A stretch of DNA of 64,000 bases, from positions 28,212,001 to 28,276,000 of the forward strand of contig NC_086118.1 in the NCBI RefSeq assembly GCF_963921235.1. Direction: 5' to 3'. This DNA is from Mobula hypostoma. Its lineage: Eukaryota. This document shows positions 1 to 13,200 of the stretch, one piece after another (the stretch's first letter is position 1; the number at the start of each line of letters is the position of its first letter). The notes under the pieces are model-generated. The model saw only the letters and a program-made list of their open reading frames with translations. It was not told where the DNA came from and made no database searches. The translations under genes and the position numbers were made by a program.

Positions 1-179
1 GTAGTGGGAGGGTGGGGAGGATAGTAACTTTATATGATTTTATTTTGGGTGCTTTTTCTTTATTGTTATGAATTGTATATTGACATGCTTGTTTTGCACT
101 GTATAAATCTCTTCTTTGCTGGTGTTTTTTTTTGTTGTATTATAGAAACTCAAAAAAAGTTAATTAAAAAATACTCCTC

Positions 180-425
180 TTAGTGTTGACTGCCCAAAGT
201 GCAACACCTCACAACTATAGATTGAACTCTATCTGCCATTTCTCTGCCCACATTTCCATGTGGTCTAAATCCTCCTTAATACTTTGACAACCTTCCTCAC
301 TATCCACAATTCTGACAACGTCTGCGTCATCTACAGACTTACTAATCAGCCCAACAATACATTACTCCAGATCATTTATCTACTTATCTCAAACAATGAG
401 TCCTGCACTGATCCACTGGCTACAG
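180..425 (-). mobile_element. Old CR1 LINE reverse transcriptase remnant
   Basis: Minus strand reads LISKSVDDADVVRIVDSEEGCQSIKEDLDHMEMWAEKWQIEFN, matching the SKFADD...WAEKWQMEFN block of the CR1 copies in this window. Confidence 0.6.
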
Positions 426-779
426 ACATCATCTAGTTCTGTATTAGTAAAGAACAAGTACAATCACCATTACAACTATTTACAAACCGCATTCTAACTC
501 CAGCATGACAGCATGAGGGAAACCAGGCTTCTGCCTATGGACTTTGACCATGCTTCTTGCTGCTTCAGTAAAGCTACTAACATAACTTTAATAAAACCAT
601 TAGAAGTACAGATATGGACTAACATATAAACATATAAAAACCAGCATATATTTACAAAATAAATAGTATTACAAATAGTTATTTAAATAGCAAACTTAGA
701 AAACAAGGAGAATTATATCAGAATAAGGCTGTGTACTGAGCCTGTTGCTCTACACTCTACTCACACTTGACTGCACAGT

Positions 780-1560
780 CAAACACCCAGGTAACCACAT
801 TATCAAGTTTTCATTATCAAGTGACATGACAGTGGTGGGAATCACCACCAACAACGATGAGATGGTGTACAAAGAGTAAGTAGAAGAACTCGAGGCCTGG
901 TGCCAGGAAAATAACCTCTTCCTCAACCTCAGCAAGACAAAATAAATGGTTTTTGACTTTAGGAGAACTCACATCCCTCTTTACATTGGTGGCATAGCAG
1001 TGGAAACTGCAAGCAGTTTCAAATTCCTGGGAGTGCACATCTCACACAAGATCTCATGGTCCCAGAACACATTCTATTTAATCAGGAAAAGTTCACCAGC
1101 ACCTCTATTTTCTGAAGTGGTTGAGGAGAGCTGGACTATGCACATCAATACTCATGCCCTTCTACAACTGCACAGTAGAGAGCATCCAAACATACTGCAT
1201 AACTGCTTGGTATGGAAATTGCACTGTGGCAGACAAGAACGCCCGACAACGGGTAGTCAAGACTGTGCATACATCACCAGCCTACCCACCATCAAGGACA
1301 TATATACAGAAAGGTGTTGAAAAATGGCCAGTAACATCATAAGAGATCCCACCCATCCTGCTCATGGATTGGCCCATTCAGAGAGGAGGCTACCTGCCAT
1401 CCCCACCAGGACCACCAGACTCAAAAGCAGTGACTTTCTCTGAGCAGTAAAGCTGATGATCACCTCCAACACTGATCTACCTACCCACAGCCCTGACACC
1501 ACTATTTTATCATTTCCTGTTAGAGCCTTCTCTGTCTATCACCACTTTATATAGATACAA
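780..1560 (+). mobile_element. Rex1/Babar LINE, 3' fragment (RT C-terminal part), disrupted
   Basis: WCQENNLFLNLSKTK, VFDFRR, SSFKFLGVHIS and ESIQTYCITAWYGNCT motifs (ORFs 946-1320, 1121-1342), with stops and frameshifts. Confidence 0.85.
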
Positions 1561-1659
1561 TCAATGTGCAGAGACTGTCTTGTAAATTTACATTTATTGC
1601 GCTATTATTATATTCTTTATTAACTGCCTGGAGGGGAAGGGAAGAAACTTTTAAGATGG

Positions 1660-1953
1660 CATACAAGAGAAGATCTGCAGAAGCTGCAAATCCAAGCAAC
1701 ATACGGAAAATGCTGGAGGAATGCAGTAAAGCCAGGCATCATCTATGGAAAAGGGTATTGTTGACATTTCGGGCCAAGACCTTTCAGCAGGACCAGAGAA
1801 AAGAAAATGAGGAGTAAATTTAAATCTCCTTTTAAATCTACTCCTCATCTCTAGTCCTGCTGAATGGTCTCGGCCTGAAATGATGACAGTACTCTCTTCC
1901 GTAGGTGCTGCCTGGTCTGCTGATTTCCTCCAGCATTTTGTGTGTGTGTGTTG
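1660..1953. mobile_element. Penelope-like element terminal sequence in foldback (inverted pair) arrangement
   Basis: The PLE end motif (aatgctggagga...ccaggcatcatctatggaa...tttcgggccaagacc) is followed by its reverse complement. The centre is atgaggagtaaatttaaa/tttaaatctactcctcat. Confidence 0.75.
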
Positions 1954-2640
1954 TAAGCATGATGGATGGTTAGTAGAAGGAAGTGAACGTGCTAACATGG
2001 TTGCTTTGAGGTTGCATGAATTATGAACAACAGCACGGGCGGTTTGGAAATGAATAGGAAGCTTTATGAGCACTGTCATTTGGACAGTGATGTCGATGAA
2101 CAGTTCAGAATGAATATGACACTTTAATGAATTAGAGGAACCGTGCAGAAACAGGTACAGCATTAAATTCAGAGTACCAGCTGGTATTGGAATTGGAATA
2201 TTGTTGCCACATGTACTGAGATACAGTGAAGACTTGTCTTGCATACAGATCAGATCATGACAAAGTGCATTGAGCTAGAACAAGATAAAAACAAAAAGGT
2301 GCAGAGCTGCATTGAAAATACAGTGCAGGTACTTTTAGAGACAGAGAAATTAGATTTAAAAATGCAGAATAATTATAATAGAAGTAATTAGTTGATCTGT
2401 AGAGTGGAGTTTGTAACAGGACATCATGCTCCAGTGCAATCTTGCAATCATTGCAGTAAGTTGCAACATGCCAAACATAAGAATTACAAGGCACAGTCTG
2501 CTTAATCTTGCACTTCCTCCCTCTATTACTCGGAATTGAACTGGCAATATTTCACTACTCAGTCTCAAGTTTATCCTTACTGAGGTCAGGAAACACAAAC
2601 CTGCACACTGTATTCCAGATGCAGTCTCACCAGGTCTTTA

Positions 2641-3725
2641 TATCAGAATCGGTTTTATCATCACCAGCACGTGTTTCGAAATTTGTTAACCAAGCAGCAG
2701 CAGTACAATGCAATAGATAATATAGGAGAAAAAAATAATAAATAAATAAATCTATTACAGTATATGTCTATTAAATAGATTAAAAATCATGCAAAAACAA
2801 ATAATATATATTAAAAAAGTAAGGCAGTGTTCATGGGTTTAATGTCCATTTAGGAATTGGATGGCAGAGGGGAAGAAGCTGTTCCTGAATCGCTGAGTGT
2901 GTGCCTTCAATCTTCTGTACCTCCTGTCTGATGGTAACAGTGAGAGAAGGGCATGCCTTGGGTCCTGGAGGTCCTTAATAATGGGCGCTCCCTTTCTGAG
3001 ACACTGCTCCTTGAAGATGTCCTGGGTACTTTGTAGGCTAGTACCCGAGATGGAGCTGATTAGATTTACAACCCTCTGCAGCTTCTTCTGGTCCTGTGCA
3101 GTAGCCCCCACTCCCCATACCAGACCATGATGCAGCCTGTCAGGGTGCTCTCCACAGTACATTTATAGAAGTTTTTGAGTGTATTTGTTGACATACCAAA
3201 TCTCTTCAAAATCCTAATGAAGTATAGTCACTGACTTGCCTTTTTATAACTGCATCGATGTGTTGGGACCAGGTTAGGTCCTCAGAGATCCTAACACCCA
3301 GGAACTTGAAATTGTTCACTCTATCCACTCCTGATCCCTCTATGAGGATTAGTATGTGTTCCTTCGTCTCACACAAGCCTGAAGTCCACAATCAGCTCTT
3401 TCGTCTTACTGACATTGAGTGCAAGGTTGTTGCTGTGACACCACTCCACTAGTTGGCGTATCTCGCTCCTGTACACCCACTCATCTCCATCTGAGATTCT
3501 ACCAACAAAAATTGTATCATCAGCAAAGTTATAGATGGTATTTGAGCTATGCCTAGCCACACAGTCAAGGGTACAGAAGGAAAAGAGAAGTGGGCAATGC
3601 ACACCCCTGAGGTTCACCAGTGCTGATTGTCATCGAGGAGATATTATCACCAATGTGCACAGATTGTGGTCTTCTGGTTAGGAAGTCAAGGATTCAATTG
3701 CAGAGGCTCAGGTTCTGTAACTTAT
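2641..3725 (-). mobile_element. Rex1/Babar LINE, 3' part, disrupted
   Basis: ORFs 3369-3617 (DCVARHSSNTIYNFADDT...NVSKTKELIVDFR), 3206-3391 (FKFLGVRISEDLTW) and 2839-3162 (LLPSDRRYR...RFRNSFFPSAI), followed by a 3' UTR. Confidence 0.85.
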
Positions 3726-5244
3726 CAATCAGGATCATTGGAGCAGAATGACTCTATTCCTTCCACTCAGATCTTCTTGCAACTAAGGCAAACAAAGTCA
3801 ATTCTGTGAAAATAAAGCATCTGATATATCTCTGTTGGGATATGTTGCAAGAACAAAAATTAGAATTTCAACCTGATTTTTGATCAATGAGTAACCTCCT
3901 CTTGTGCCAAATTGCATTGTGTAATTGACTTTGATACGAACCAAGGTTGCTCCAAGGCTGTCTGGCAGGTACCTTTGAGAAATGATGAAGCTGATTAAAG
4001 AAACTTTATCCTTGTAGGCCAAAAATATATTATACCTTTTTTATTTGGAAGTCAAGCAATACAACACATCAGATTGATAAAAATGTTCCTTGACAGGAAC
4101 ATAACAACCTTTCCAAAGCAACTGAACATATCAACTGGAAAGTTGACAGATGAACTTACAATACATTTAATTGAAATAGGGAATCTCAAATTTCACAATG
4201 TAAATTCATTATCTAAGTACATATGTATCACCATATAGTACTCAGACTCATTGTCTAGTGTGAATTCACAGTAAATAGAAAGAAGCACAATAGGATTAAT
4301 GAAAACTCACCAGGACAGAAACACTAATAGGATAAACAACCCACTTCTAAAAGAGAACATCTTTTGCAAATACAAAAAGAAATAACATAAGCAAATAAAC
4401 AAATAAAGCAAGAAGTTAAGTTCCATTTTGTACTAGATGAATGGAAATAGCCAGTGGTACCTACTCATGCTGTACTCCATTGGTCATTAAAGAGAAATTT
4501 AAAGCAAAGCTGGAGAGTCTGACTAAGGCAGTGATAGTTGAGTCACATAACATGTCCATGAACCAAGCATCTAGTTTAGCGTATGATGAGATAGCAATCG
4601 TCAAGATGAGAATTTTCTCTGTGCAGCTCCTTAGCTTGTGCTCGTGTGGTCTCTGCTGTCCTACACATATTCACAGCCTTTACTAGCATCAAAACTTTTT
4701 CACAGAGCAAGCTTTCTCTGAGCTCATTATTTGGGATTCCACAACCTATTTTAACTCTAACCAGTAAGTATCTGAAATTTCCAAAGTTACAGGACTTACT
4801 CAGTGTGTGAAGCTCAGCTAAAAATTGGTCAAAACTAACACCTTGTGTCTGGTCACAGGAGAAGAACTTGTATCTCTCAGATGTGATGTTTTTACTTGGG
4901 ACAAGACACTTGTCAAATTTTGTTACCAGAGTGTCCAATTTAAAGTCTATAAAATATATATATATATATATATTTAATCACTGTTTGAAGAATTTCCAGT
5001 TATCAGCTAGATTGCCAGTAACCTGTTTAACTTCGGTTGTCCATTCCATAACTTTTGGTCTTTCACTTGGTGTTCTTTTGGTGAATCCTGTGAACTTAGG
5101 CAACTTCAAAACATGATAAGCTCACTGGGTGGCAGCTTCAAGGCAATGTTATCTCTTGCCAGCAGCTTCTCTCCATTGGAACCAGCATCTCATCCTTGGT
5201 CACTTGTGGCATTCATTTATGCTCCATTTTTAGACCTCACACTG

Positions 5245-5257
5245 ACTTCTGGCACCA
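5245..5257 (-). promoter_or_regulatory. Primer binding site, tRNA-Leu type
   Basis: TGGTGCCAGAAGT lies directly after the LTR end, one mismatch from the tRNA-Leu PBS TGGTGTCAGAAGT. Confidence 0.75.
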
Positions 5258-5483
5258 GGTTATGTTTGCTCGTAATAAAGACAAACGCGTGGGTGAAAAA
5301 ATTAACAGATTTATTCTGTTCTGTTTATTTACAGAGTGGCTTCAGCTCGACCATATTTTACTTGGGACACTCCAGCCCACCTAAAGGTTGTGTGTCCTGT
5401 TCACCAACATCACCTCCAGTTCTGGGTGAACCGCCCACATTGCATACTGGGTACTGATTACACTGGTACTGTATTATATAACA
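5258..5483 (-). repeat. 5' LTR of the Gypsy fragment (~226 bp)
   Basis: Begins TGTTAT, ends ATAACC (degenerate ATAACA), contains AATAAA signals and abuts the PBS. Confidence 0.75.
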
Positions 5484-6000
5484 CACATAATAACACATTC
5501 CCCTCCATATTGCTCTGGGGTAGAACATTCCAGAGATTCACCTTTTGAGAGATACCTTTCCTACATGGGCCTCAATTTTAAATGACTATCTCTTACCTTG
5601 TAACTAAGACCTCTATTTCAATTTTCTCCCAGGAGCAAGGAAACATCACAACACCTATCCAGTCATACCCCATTAGGATCTTATGTGTCTCAACAAGATC
5701 ACCATTCATTCTTCTAAGTCAGAGCATCTTTCAGCTGGTTGTGATTGGTCATCCCTGAAGTGATAGTCATTGAAAATGAATTGCAGCTCACAGAAGACGA
5801 TTCCATTTGGCCGTTTAATCACTGGACAATATCACCGGCTTTTCTACTGAGTAATGGATAGCACGGAAAGTTTTAAAGTTGGTCAAAGAACTGCTCCATC
5901 ATTACAGACAGAGCCCTGTTAAGCACCCCAGCCTTCTGCTATATCCGAACCCAAGGATGATGAGCATTAAATCATGAGATCCCAATAACAGAGAGGCTGT

Positions 6001-6405
6001 TGTCTGTCTGTCTAGGTACCATATCCGATGCGGATGTTGGTGACCAAGGTTTTCCATATAGGTCTATCTTTCGTTTTTTGGATGACTTCCATTTCCTCGA
6101 CGTGTAGCCACTTGGCTATGTCCTTGATGTACATAAGCCAAGGTCTTCCTCTAGGTTTACTCCCCTCAATCTTTCCAGAGAGTATGAGTTTTTCTAGTTC
6201 ATTTTTCTGCATGATGTGTCCTAGGAATCTGTGTTGTCTTTCTCTTATTGTTGGTATGAGTGATCGAACTGCTTGGGCTCTTCTGAGAACATCTTCATTT
6301 GATGTGTGTGTGGTCCATGATATTTTTAACATTCTCCTGTAGAACCATAATTCTAGTCTTTTTTCCCTTGCTGGGGAAATGGTCCAGCATTCACTTCCAT
6401 AAGCT
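6001..6405 (-). mobile_element. RTE-clade LINE, 5'-truncated 3' end
   Basis: YGSECWT...LWFYRRMLKISWT...SNEDVL...FLGHIMQ...LILSGKIEGSKPRGRP. A (CAGA)n tail follows the stop codon. Confidence 0.85.
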
Positions 6406-6524
6406 GAGAGGCTGATGAAAATACAACATGTAAAGGAAGGCAACCACAGGCAACCACAAATTTATATCCACAGTGCAGCAACAGAGCTGCTAAAGATCTG
6501 TCTCCAGCAAGAGTTGGAGACAAC

Positions 6525-6850
6525 ATGAAGGGGAGACCTTAGAAGTATAGAAATCACGAGGGAATTAGGCAAGATCACGGTCTCATTCCCAGTACAAGTA
6601 ATTTTAAAACTAAAGTGCATAGGTTTAAGGTGAGAGTGGGAAAATTAAGAAGATTTTCACACAAAATGTGATGGGTATATGGAACAAGTTGCCAGAGGAA
6701 GCTAAAGGAGCAGGTACAATTACATTTTTAAAAAGATATTTGAATGCTTATATTGATATAATAGGCTTAGTGGGATACAAATCAAATGCAGGCAATGGGA
6801 CGAGCTCAGACATCTTAGTCAGCAAAAGACCTATTGTATGCCTGTACTAT
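6525..6850 (+). mobile_element. Old CR1 3' end remnant
   Basis: MKGDL..., HRFKVR..., GIWNKLPEE...AGTITFLKRYLN resemble the CR1 ORF2 C-terminus. Confidence 0.6.
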
Positions 6851-7385
6851 ATGACTACGAGGCTCTGAAGATGCAGAATGGACACTCACGGCCCAGGTAA
6901 TCTCAAGACATGAAAGAGGAAGCTTTCCAGATAAAAGGAACAGCTTCTGTTTCCAAAAGACCACTGAGGAGGCTATTTGACTGAATTAAATATGGAGACA
7001 TTGGCACATACACCACTGAATCTGCAGAGTGGGAACAGAGCACCAAAGCAAAATCAATCAAAGGGAATAACCAGTACAAGGTGCTGCAGGACCTGCTGAG
7101 TCACATTTTTGCTTTTGTTTCATATTTCCAGCTTTCGCTGTTTGTTTTTATTTTTGTTTACCAAAATATAGTACATATCTGATGGCTTGCAGTAAGCTCT
7201 CAGCAAACGTTCTTCCAGGATAAGGGAGATCGGGCAGATTAAACTATTTCATAGATCGCAACAGTTTTGTCTGAGCTGCTCTTCTGCCCGCACTCATACT
7301 TTTATGTTCCTGCCCTCCAGCTCCTTTGCCTGTACCTGCCCCTTACTGATCCTCTGTCTGGCCCCCATATCCCGTCCCTTTCTTG

Positions 7386-7460
7386 CCTTCATGTTGACAT
7401 ACTTGCAACACAGTGGCTTTTTACATAAGCCACTGTGTTGCAAGTCTGTCAACATGAAGG
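7386..7460. repeat. Near-perfect inverted repeat (34-bp stem, 7-nt loop)
   Basis: CCTTCATGTTGACATACTTGCAACACAGTGGCTT - TTTACAT - AAGCCACTGTGTTGCAAGTCTGTCAACATGAAGG; 33/34 complementary. Confidence 0.9.
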
Positions 7461-8069
7461 TTGCGCAATATGAGAGAGCTGTTCTGCAAAAGGTGAGCTA
7501 GAAGTTTGCCTGAAGCCTGTCAGATTCAACTTTGACCAGTTTCAGTAAAGCGGTCTTAGATTTCAAAATTGCTGGCAGGTTACGGTGTTGCTGCTCAAAA
7601 ATGGGCTTGCAATATGAATGTTCCTCAGTCTGTCCACAGATAGAGCCCTGCTTCTCACCGTCGGCAGGAAGCTTCATCCTTTCACACAAACGGCACAAAG
7701 GAGATTTGTCAGGAGTAGCATGTTTAACAATTTTGCAGAAGAGAAGCAGCACTGAAAAAGTATTAAGAAAGGTAGTGCTAACTGCCTCCTACCCACCGCA
7801 AAGAAAACAGGAAGTGGCAGCATACGCACAAAATACTTAGAGAAGGGAAATGTACAGGAAGATTCACACAAAAGAACAATCTGCTATGCATGGCGTGCAA
7901 GCTTGTGGTATACTGTACTTTTAGTGGTTTTGAAGGTGACGGTTATGCTCATTTTCAACTGCAAACATTTATTCATGATACCACAGAGCAATTGCTTAAT
8001 ACTGGTTACTGGAGGTTGCAGCATTGTAACGATATGTGACAAAAATCTTGATAACCAGTATCTTTGTGA

Positions 8070-9520
8070 TTCAAGCAACACACACAAAATGCTGGAGGAA
8101 CTCATCAGTCCAGACAGCATCTATGGAAAAAAGTGCAGTTGACGTTTCGGGCCAAGACCCTTTGGCAAGACTGGAGAAAAAAGAGATGAGGAGTAGATTT
8201 AAAAGTTGGGAGAGGGGAGAGAGAAACTTGTTACTTGTTACATACACCTGTTAGGGTGCATTCTCCAGTTATCTTATAAGGTAACCGTAGCCTTCAGCCA
8301 GGAGCAGATGTCATCAGGTGGTTCCCAACCTTCACCGAGTGTTTCGATCCTTAACCACGACACTCTCTGTTGGTGGGCCGGCAGTGGTGGCCAAATCACT
8401 GCCCACCTGCTTCTGGCTTCCAGCTTCCCTCCTCTCGCCTACTCCAAATCCAACAAGAAGCTCGTTCTGCCTCTTCCCCCATCCTACGAGCTGCTTTTTT
8501 TTTTGCTCCTTTCGTCCAGGCCCAGATCTGACAACAACCACCATGTTGATTTGACTGGGAAACCTCTGAAACCAGTTTCCACAGGGAACAACCATGCCTG
8601 CCATCCCTTGTATTTACACTCCTGCACTAAGGGCTGGTACTTCAAGGTCTTTCTCTCGTGGGCCTCTTCCCATCCCTCCTCCCACAGCACAGTCACCTCA
8701 ACCAGAATTATTTTCTTGACTTCAGTTGACCACAGTACAATGTCCGGGTGTAGGGTTGTGTGCACCACATCGGGAACTGCAACCTCCTTCCCACATCGAC
8801 CCCCATCTCCCAGGACCTGGCTGTTAGCAGCAGATTGGGCTTTGGTTGTTTGGTTACGAAAGGCCTAGCTTCCTCTTTGATGAAGGTGATGGCCTTCCTC
8901 AAATCTGTGCCAGCCGTCCTCTTCTTGCATCTCTCCCACTCTAGTGGGTCAGCAAGAGCCAGAAGCACCTCATCATGGTGCCACCTATACCGTCCTTGAG
9001 TTAGAGCTGTTTTACACCTGGACAGTATATGAGCCAGTGACCCCTTTTGACCACAGAGCCTACAGTTCAGGTCCTCTCTCATCCCCCATGTGTATAGATG
9101 TAATGGTGAAGGAAGGGTGTCATGCACAGACCTATCCAAGACCCTTCAGCAAGACTGGAGAAAAAAAGATGAGGAGTAGATTTAAAAGTTGGGAGAGGGG
9201 AGAAAGAAACACAACATGATAGGTGAAACTGGGAAGGGGAGAGATGAAGTGAAGAGCTTGGAAGTTGATTGCTGAAAGAGATACAGAGATGGAGAAGGGT
9301 AAGTTCAAGCGGAGAGAACAGAAGGTCATGGAAGAAAGAAAAGGTGGGAAGAGCGCCAGAGGAAAGGGCGGGTGGGGGGCACAGGGTGTTGCCATTACCG
9401 TAAATTTGAGATATCAATGTTTATGCCATCAGGTTGGAGTCTACCGAAACAGAATTTAAGTTGTTGTTCCTCTAATCTGAGTGTGGTCTCATCACAATAG
9501 TGGAGGAGGCCATGGATTGA
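8070..9520 (-). mobile_element. Penelope-like element 3' fragment, interrupted by a Hero-like LINE
   Basis: PLE end motif at 8070-8227, resuming at 9136. The GIY-YIG C-terminus EEQQLKFCFGRLQPDGINIDISNLR is on the minus strand at ~9400-9475. Confidence 0.75.
8228..9135 (-). mobile_element. R2-superfamily (Hero-like) non-LTR retrotransposon 3' fragment with zinc knuckle and REL endonuclease
   Basis: CRLCGQKGSLAHILSRC (CCHC), GRYRWHHDEVL and PDIVLWSTEVKKIILVEVTV...ERKTLKY...PVETGFRGF (PD-(D/E)xK REL); short GTAACAA tandem tail. Confidence 0.85.
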
Positions 9521-10079
9521 CTGAAAAACTGAGTTGCTTTTGGATACTAAATCTATGTTTACCCAAAATTAAGTGTGACATTTCAGTCAATTATCAAAAC
9601 ATGCAACAATTAAAATGGATCTTCATTACTGCCATTCCCAATTATCATGGTTTTGTTCAGTTACCTTGTTACATCAATCTGTGTCAATCTGTTATGTTAA
9701 TCTATTGACCCACTCTATCCCAAAATTGCAAAGTTCCACAAATTGAATGATTAATAAGCCATCATTGTATACTGTCCTGCACCACAATGTTCTCTTAACT
9801 TTTGTTTCTGCTAACAGCTGCTTGTTTGGCACAAAAAAACTTTTAGCCATGTTGAATACATCTTACATTTTCACCACAAACTTTGCTGCCTTCCCAATTA
9901 TATCCCTTATATCCCCCCCCTTTCACTTGTTTTATTCCTCCTCCTGCCTTGATTCACACACATCTCACCCACCCCCCAATTATACCATATTTAAGGATGC
10001 TCTCCTTGGATGACTAATGTCTTTCCTTTATTTAAGAATGGGAGCTACCAGCCGGTGAGCCTTGCATCTGCAAAGCAGA

Positions 10080-10287
10080 AATAATTGGAAGAAGTCCTAA
10101 GGCATTTGGAAAAGCAGGAACTGGTCAAAAATGGTCAGCTTGACTTCACGAGGGAGAAATTCTTCCCAACTCATTCAATTAAGTTTATTGAGGAAGTAAC
10201 AAAGGAGATGATAAAGAAGGGTGATGGATGTTGTGTGCGTTGACTTTAATAAGGCAATTGAAAAGGAACTGCCTTGTAGGCTAGTTT
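10080..10287 (+). mobile_element. Old CR1 RT remnant
   Basis: Degenerate HLEKQELVKNGQLDF...FIEEVTK...DFNKA block, equivalent to SQHGF...FFEDVT...DFQKAFD. Confidence 0.5.
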
Positions 10288-13200
10288 TGTCATGACCACA
10301 GATTTAGCAGCGCAGCAGACTTGGCAATTGCGCTTGTGAATATGCACATGTCAGCTAATTATTATTTCATTATGGAAATATTTAACTCCCTTCTTTTCGT
10401 TGTGCTTGTTGAGACTTAAACAACATAGCAATGTTACTCTCCCTGCTCGCATTCAGCCTTGCCTGAGAAAGTAGGGACTGTCGAGTTGACTAACGCTGAA
10501 GGTCAGCTATATTTATTTTAATAGAAACATAGAAAATAGGTGCAGGAGTAGGCCATTCGGCCCTTTGAGCCTGCACTGGCATTTATTATGATCATGGCTG
10601 ATCATCCAACTCAGAACCCTGCACCAGCCTTCCCTCCATACCCCCTGATCCCCGTAGCCACAAGGGCCATATCTAACTCCCTCTTAAATATAGCTAATGA
10701 ACTGGCCTCAACTGTTTCCTGTGGCAGAGAATTCCACAGATTCACCACTCTCTGTGTGAAGAAGTTTTTCCTAATCTCAGTCCTAAAAGGCTTCCCCCTT
10801 ATCCTCAAACTGTGACCCCTCGTTCTGGACTTCCCCAACATCGGGAACAATCTTCCTGCATCTAGCCTGTCCAATCCCTTTAGGATTTTATACGTTTCAA
10901 TCAGATCCCCCCTCAATCTTCTAAATTCCAACGAGTACAAGCCCAGTTCATCCAGTCTTTCTTCATATGAAAGTCCTGCCATCCCAGGAATCAATCTGGT
11001 GAACCTTCTTTGTATTCCCTCTATGGCAAGGATGTCTTTCCTCAGATTAGGGGACCAAAACTGCACACAATACTCCAGGTGTGGTCTCACCAAGGCCTTG
11101 TACAACTGCAGTAGTACCTCCCTGCTCCTGTACTCGAATCCTCTTGCTATAAATGCCAGCATACCATTCGCCTTTTTCACCGCCTGCTGTACCTGCATGC
11201 CCACTTTCAATGACTGGTGTATAATGACACCCAGGTCTCGTTGCACCTCCCCTTTTCCTAATCGGCCACCATTCAGATAATAATCTGTTTTCCTATTTTT
11301 GCCACCAAAGTGGATAACTTCACATTTATCCACATTAAATTGCATCTGCCATGAATTTGTCCACTCACCCAACCTATCCAAGTCACCCTGCATCCTCTTA
11401 GCATCCTCCTCACAGCTAACATTGCCGCCCAGCTTCATGTCATCCGCAAACTTGGAGATGCTACATTTAATTCCCTCATCCAAGTCATTAATATATATTG
11501 TAAACAACTGGGGTCCCAGCACTGAGCCTTGCGGTACCCCACTAGTCACTGCCTGCCATTCTGAAAAGGTCCTGTTTATTCCCACTTTGCTTCCTGTCTG
11601 CTAACCAATTCTCTATCCACATCAATACCTTAACCCCAATACCGTGTGCTTTAAGTTTGCACACTAATCTCCTGCGTGGGACCTTGTCAAAAGCCTTTTG
11701 AAAATCCAAATATACCACATCCACTGGTTCTCCCCCATCCACTCTACTAGTTACATCCTCAAAAAATTCTATGAGATTCGTCAGACATGATTTTCCTTTC
11801 ACAAATCCATGCTGACTTTGTCCGATGATTTCACCGCTTTCCAAATGTACTGTTATCACATCTTTGATAACTAACTCCAGCAGTTTCCCCACCACCGACG
11901 TTAGGCTAACCGGTCTACAATTCCCCGGTTTCTCTCTCCCTCCTTTTTTAAAAAGTGGGGTTACATTAGCCACCCTCCAATCCTCAGGAACTAGTCCAGA
12001 ATCTAACGAGTTTTGAAAAATTATCACTAATGCATCCACTATTTCTTGGGCTACTTCCTTAAGCACTCTGTAATGCAGACCATCTGGCCCTGGGGATTTA
12101 TCTGCCTTTAATCCCTTCAATTTACCTAACACCACTTCCCTACTAACATGTATTTCCCTCAGTTCCTCCATCTCACTGGACCGTCTGTCCCCTACTATTT
12201 CTGGAAGATTATTTATGTCCTCCTTAGTGAAGACAGAACCAAAGTAATTATTCAATTGGTCTGCCATGTCCTTGCTCCCCATAATCAATTCACCTGTTTC
12301 TGTCTGTAGGGGACCTACATTTGTCTTTACCAGTCATTTCCTTTTTACATATCTATAAAAGCTTTTACAGTCAGTTTTTATGTTCCCCGCCAGTTTTCTC
12401 TCATAATCTTTTTCCCCCTTCCTAATTAAGCCCTTTGTCCTCCTCTGCTGAACTCTGAATTTCTCCCAGTCCTCAGGTGAGCCACTTTTTCTGGCTAATT
12501 TGTATGCTTCTTCTTTGGAATTGATACTATCCCTAATTCCTCTTGTCAGCCACGGGTGCACTACCTTCCTTGATTTATTCTTTTGCTAAACTGGGATGAA
12601 CAATTGCTGTAGTTCATCCATGCAATCTTTAAATGCTTGCCATTGCATATCCACCATCAATCCTTTAAGTGTCATTTGCCAGTCTATCTTAGCTAATTCA
12701 CGTCTCATACCTTCAAAGTTACCCCTCTAAGTTCAGAACCTTTGTTTCTGAATTAACTATGTCACTCTCTATCTTAATGAAGAATTCCACCATATTATGG
12801 TCACTCTTACCCAAGGGGCCTCTCACGACAAGATTGCTAATTAACCCTTCCTCATTGCTCAAAACCCAGTCCAGAATAGCCTGCTCTCTAGTTGGTTCCT
12901 CGACATGTTGGTTCAAAAAACCATCCCCCATACATTCCAAGAAATCCTCTTCCTCAGCACCTTTACCAATTTGGTTCACCCAATCTACATGTAGATTGAA
13001 GTCACCCATTATAACTGCTGTTCCTTTATTGCACACATTTCTAATTTCCTATTTAATACCATCTCCGACCTCACTACTACTGTTAGGTGACCTGTACACA
13101 ACTCCCACCAGCGTTTTCTGCTCCTTAGTGTTATGCAGCTCTACCCATATCAATTCCACATCTTCCCGGCTTATGTCCTTCCTTTCTATTGCGTTAATCT

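Larger units (their letters stand above)
4580..5483 (-). mobile_element. Gypsy/Ty3 LTR retrotransposon 5' fragment (LTR, PBS and degenerate gag)
   Basis: ORF 4576-4938 (ERYKFFSCDQTQGVSFDQFLAELHTLSKSCNFG...CGIPNNELRESLL...KAVNMCRTAE) is Gypsy gag-like. It is preceded by GNLADNWKFFKQ, a PBS and an LTR. Confidence 0.85.

Noticed and set aside
1..175. L1/Tx1 3' end
   Set aside because: The G-rich/T-rich/A-rich pattern is suggestive, but it is cut by the window edge and has no coding evidence.
7408..7418. miR-27-like sequence CACAGTGGCT in the hairpin
   Set aside because: The match is only about 10 nt, lies on the wrong arm and the flanking bases differ.
7498..7871. Overlapping 65-102 aa ORFs in unique sequence
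   Set aside because: No domains, alternative start codons and no supporting splice structure.
10611..12288. Intact, active CR1 reverse transcriptase gene
   Set aside because: Frameshift near 11585 (2 bp missing relative to the copy at ~37861) and further breaks upstream.
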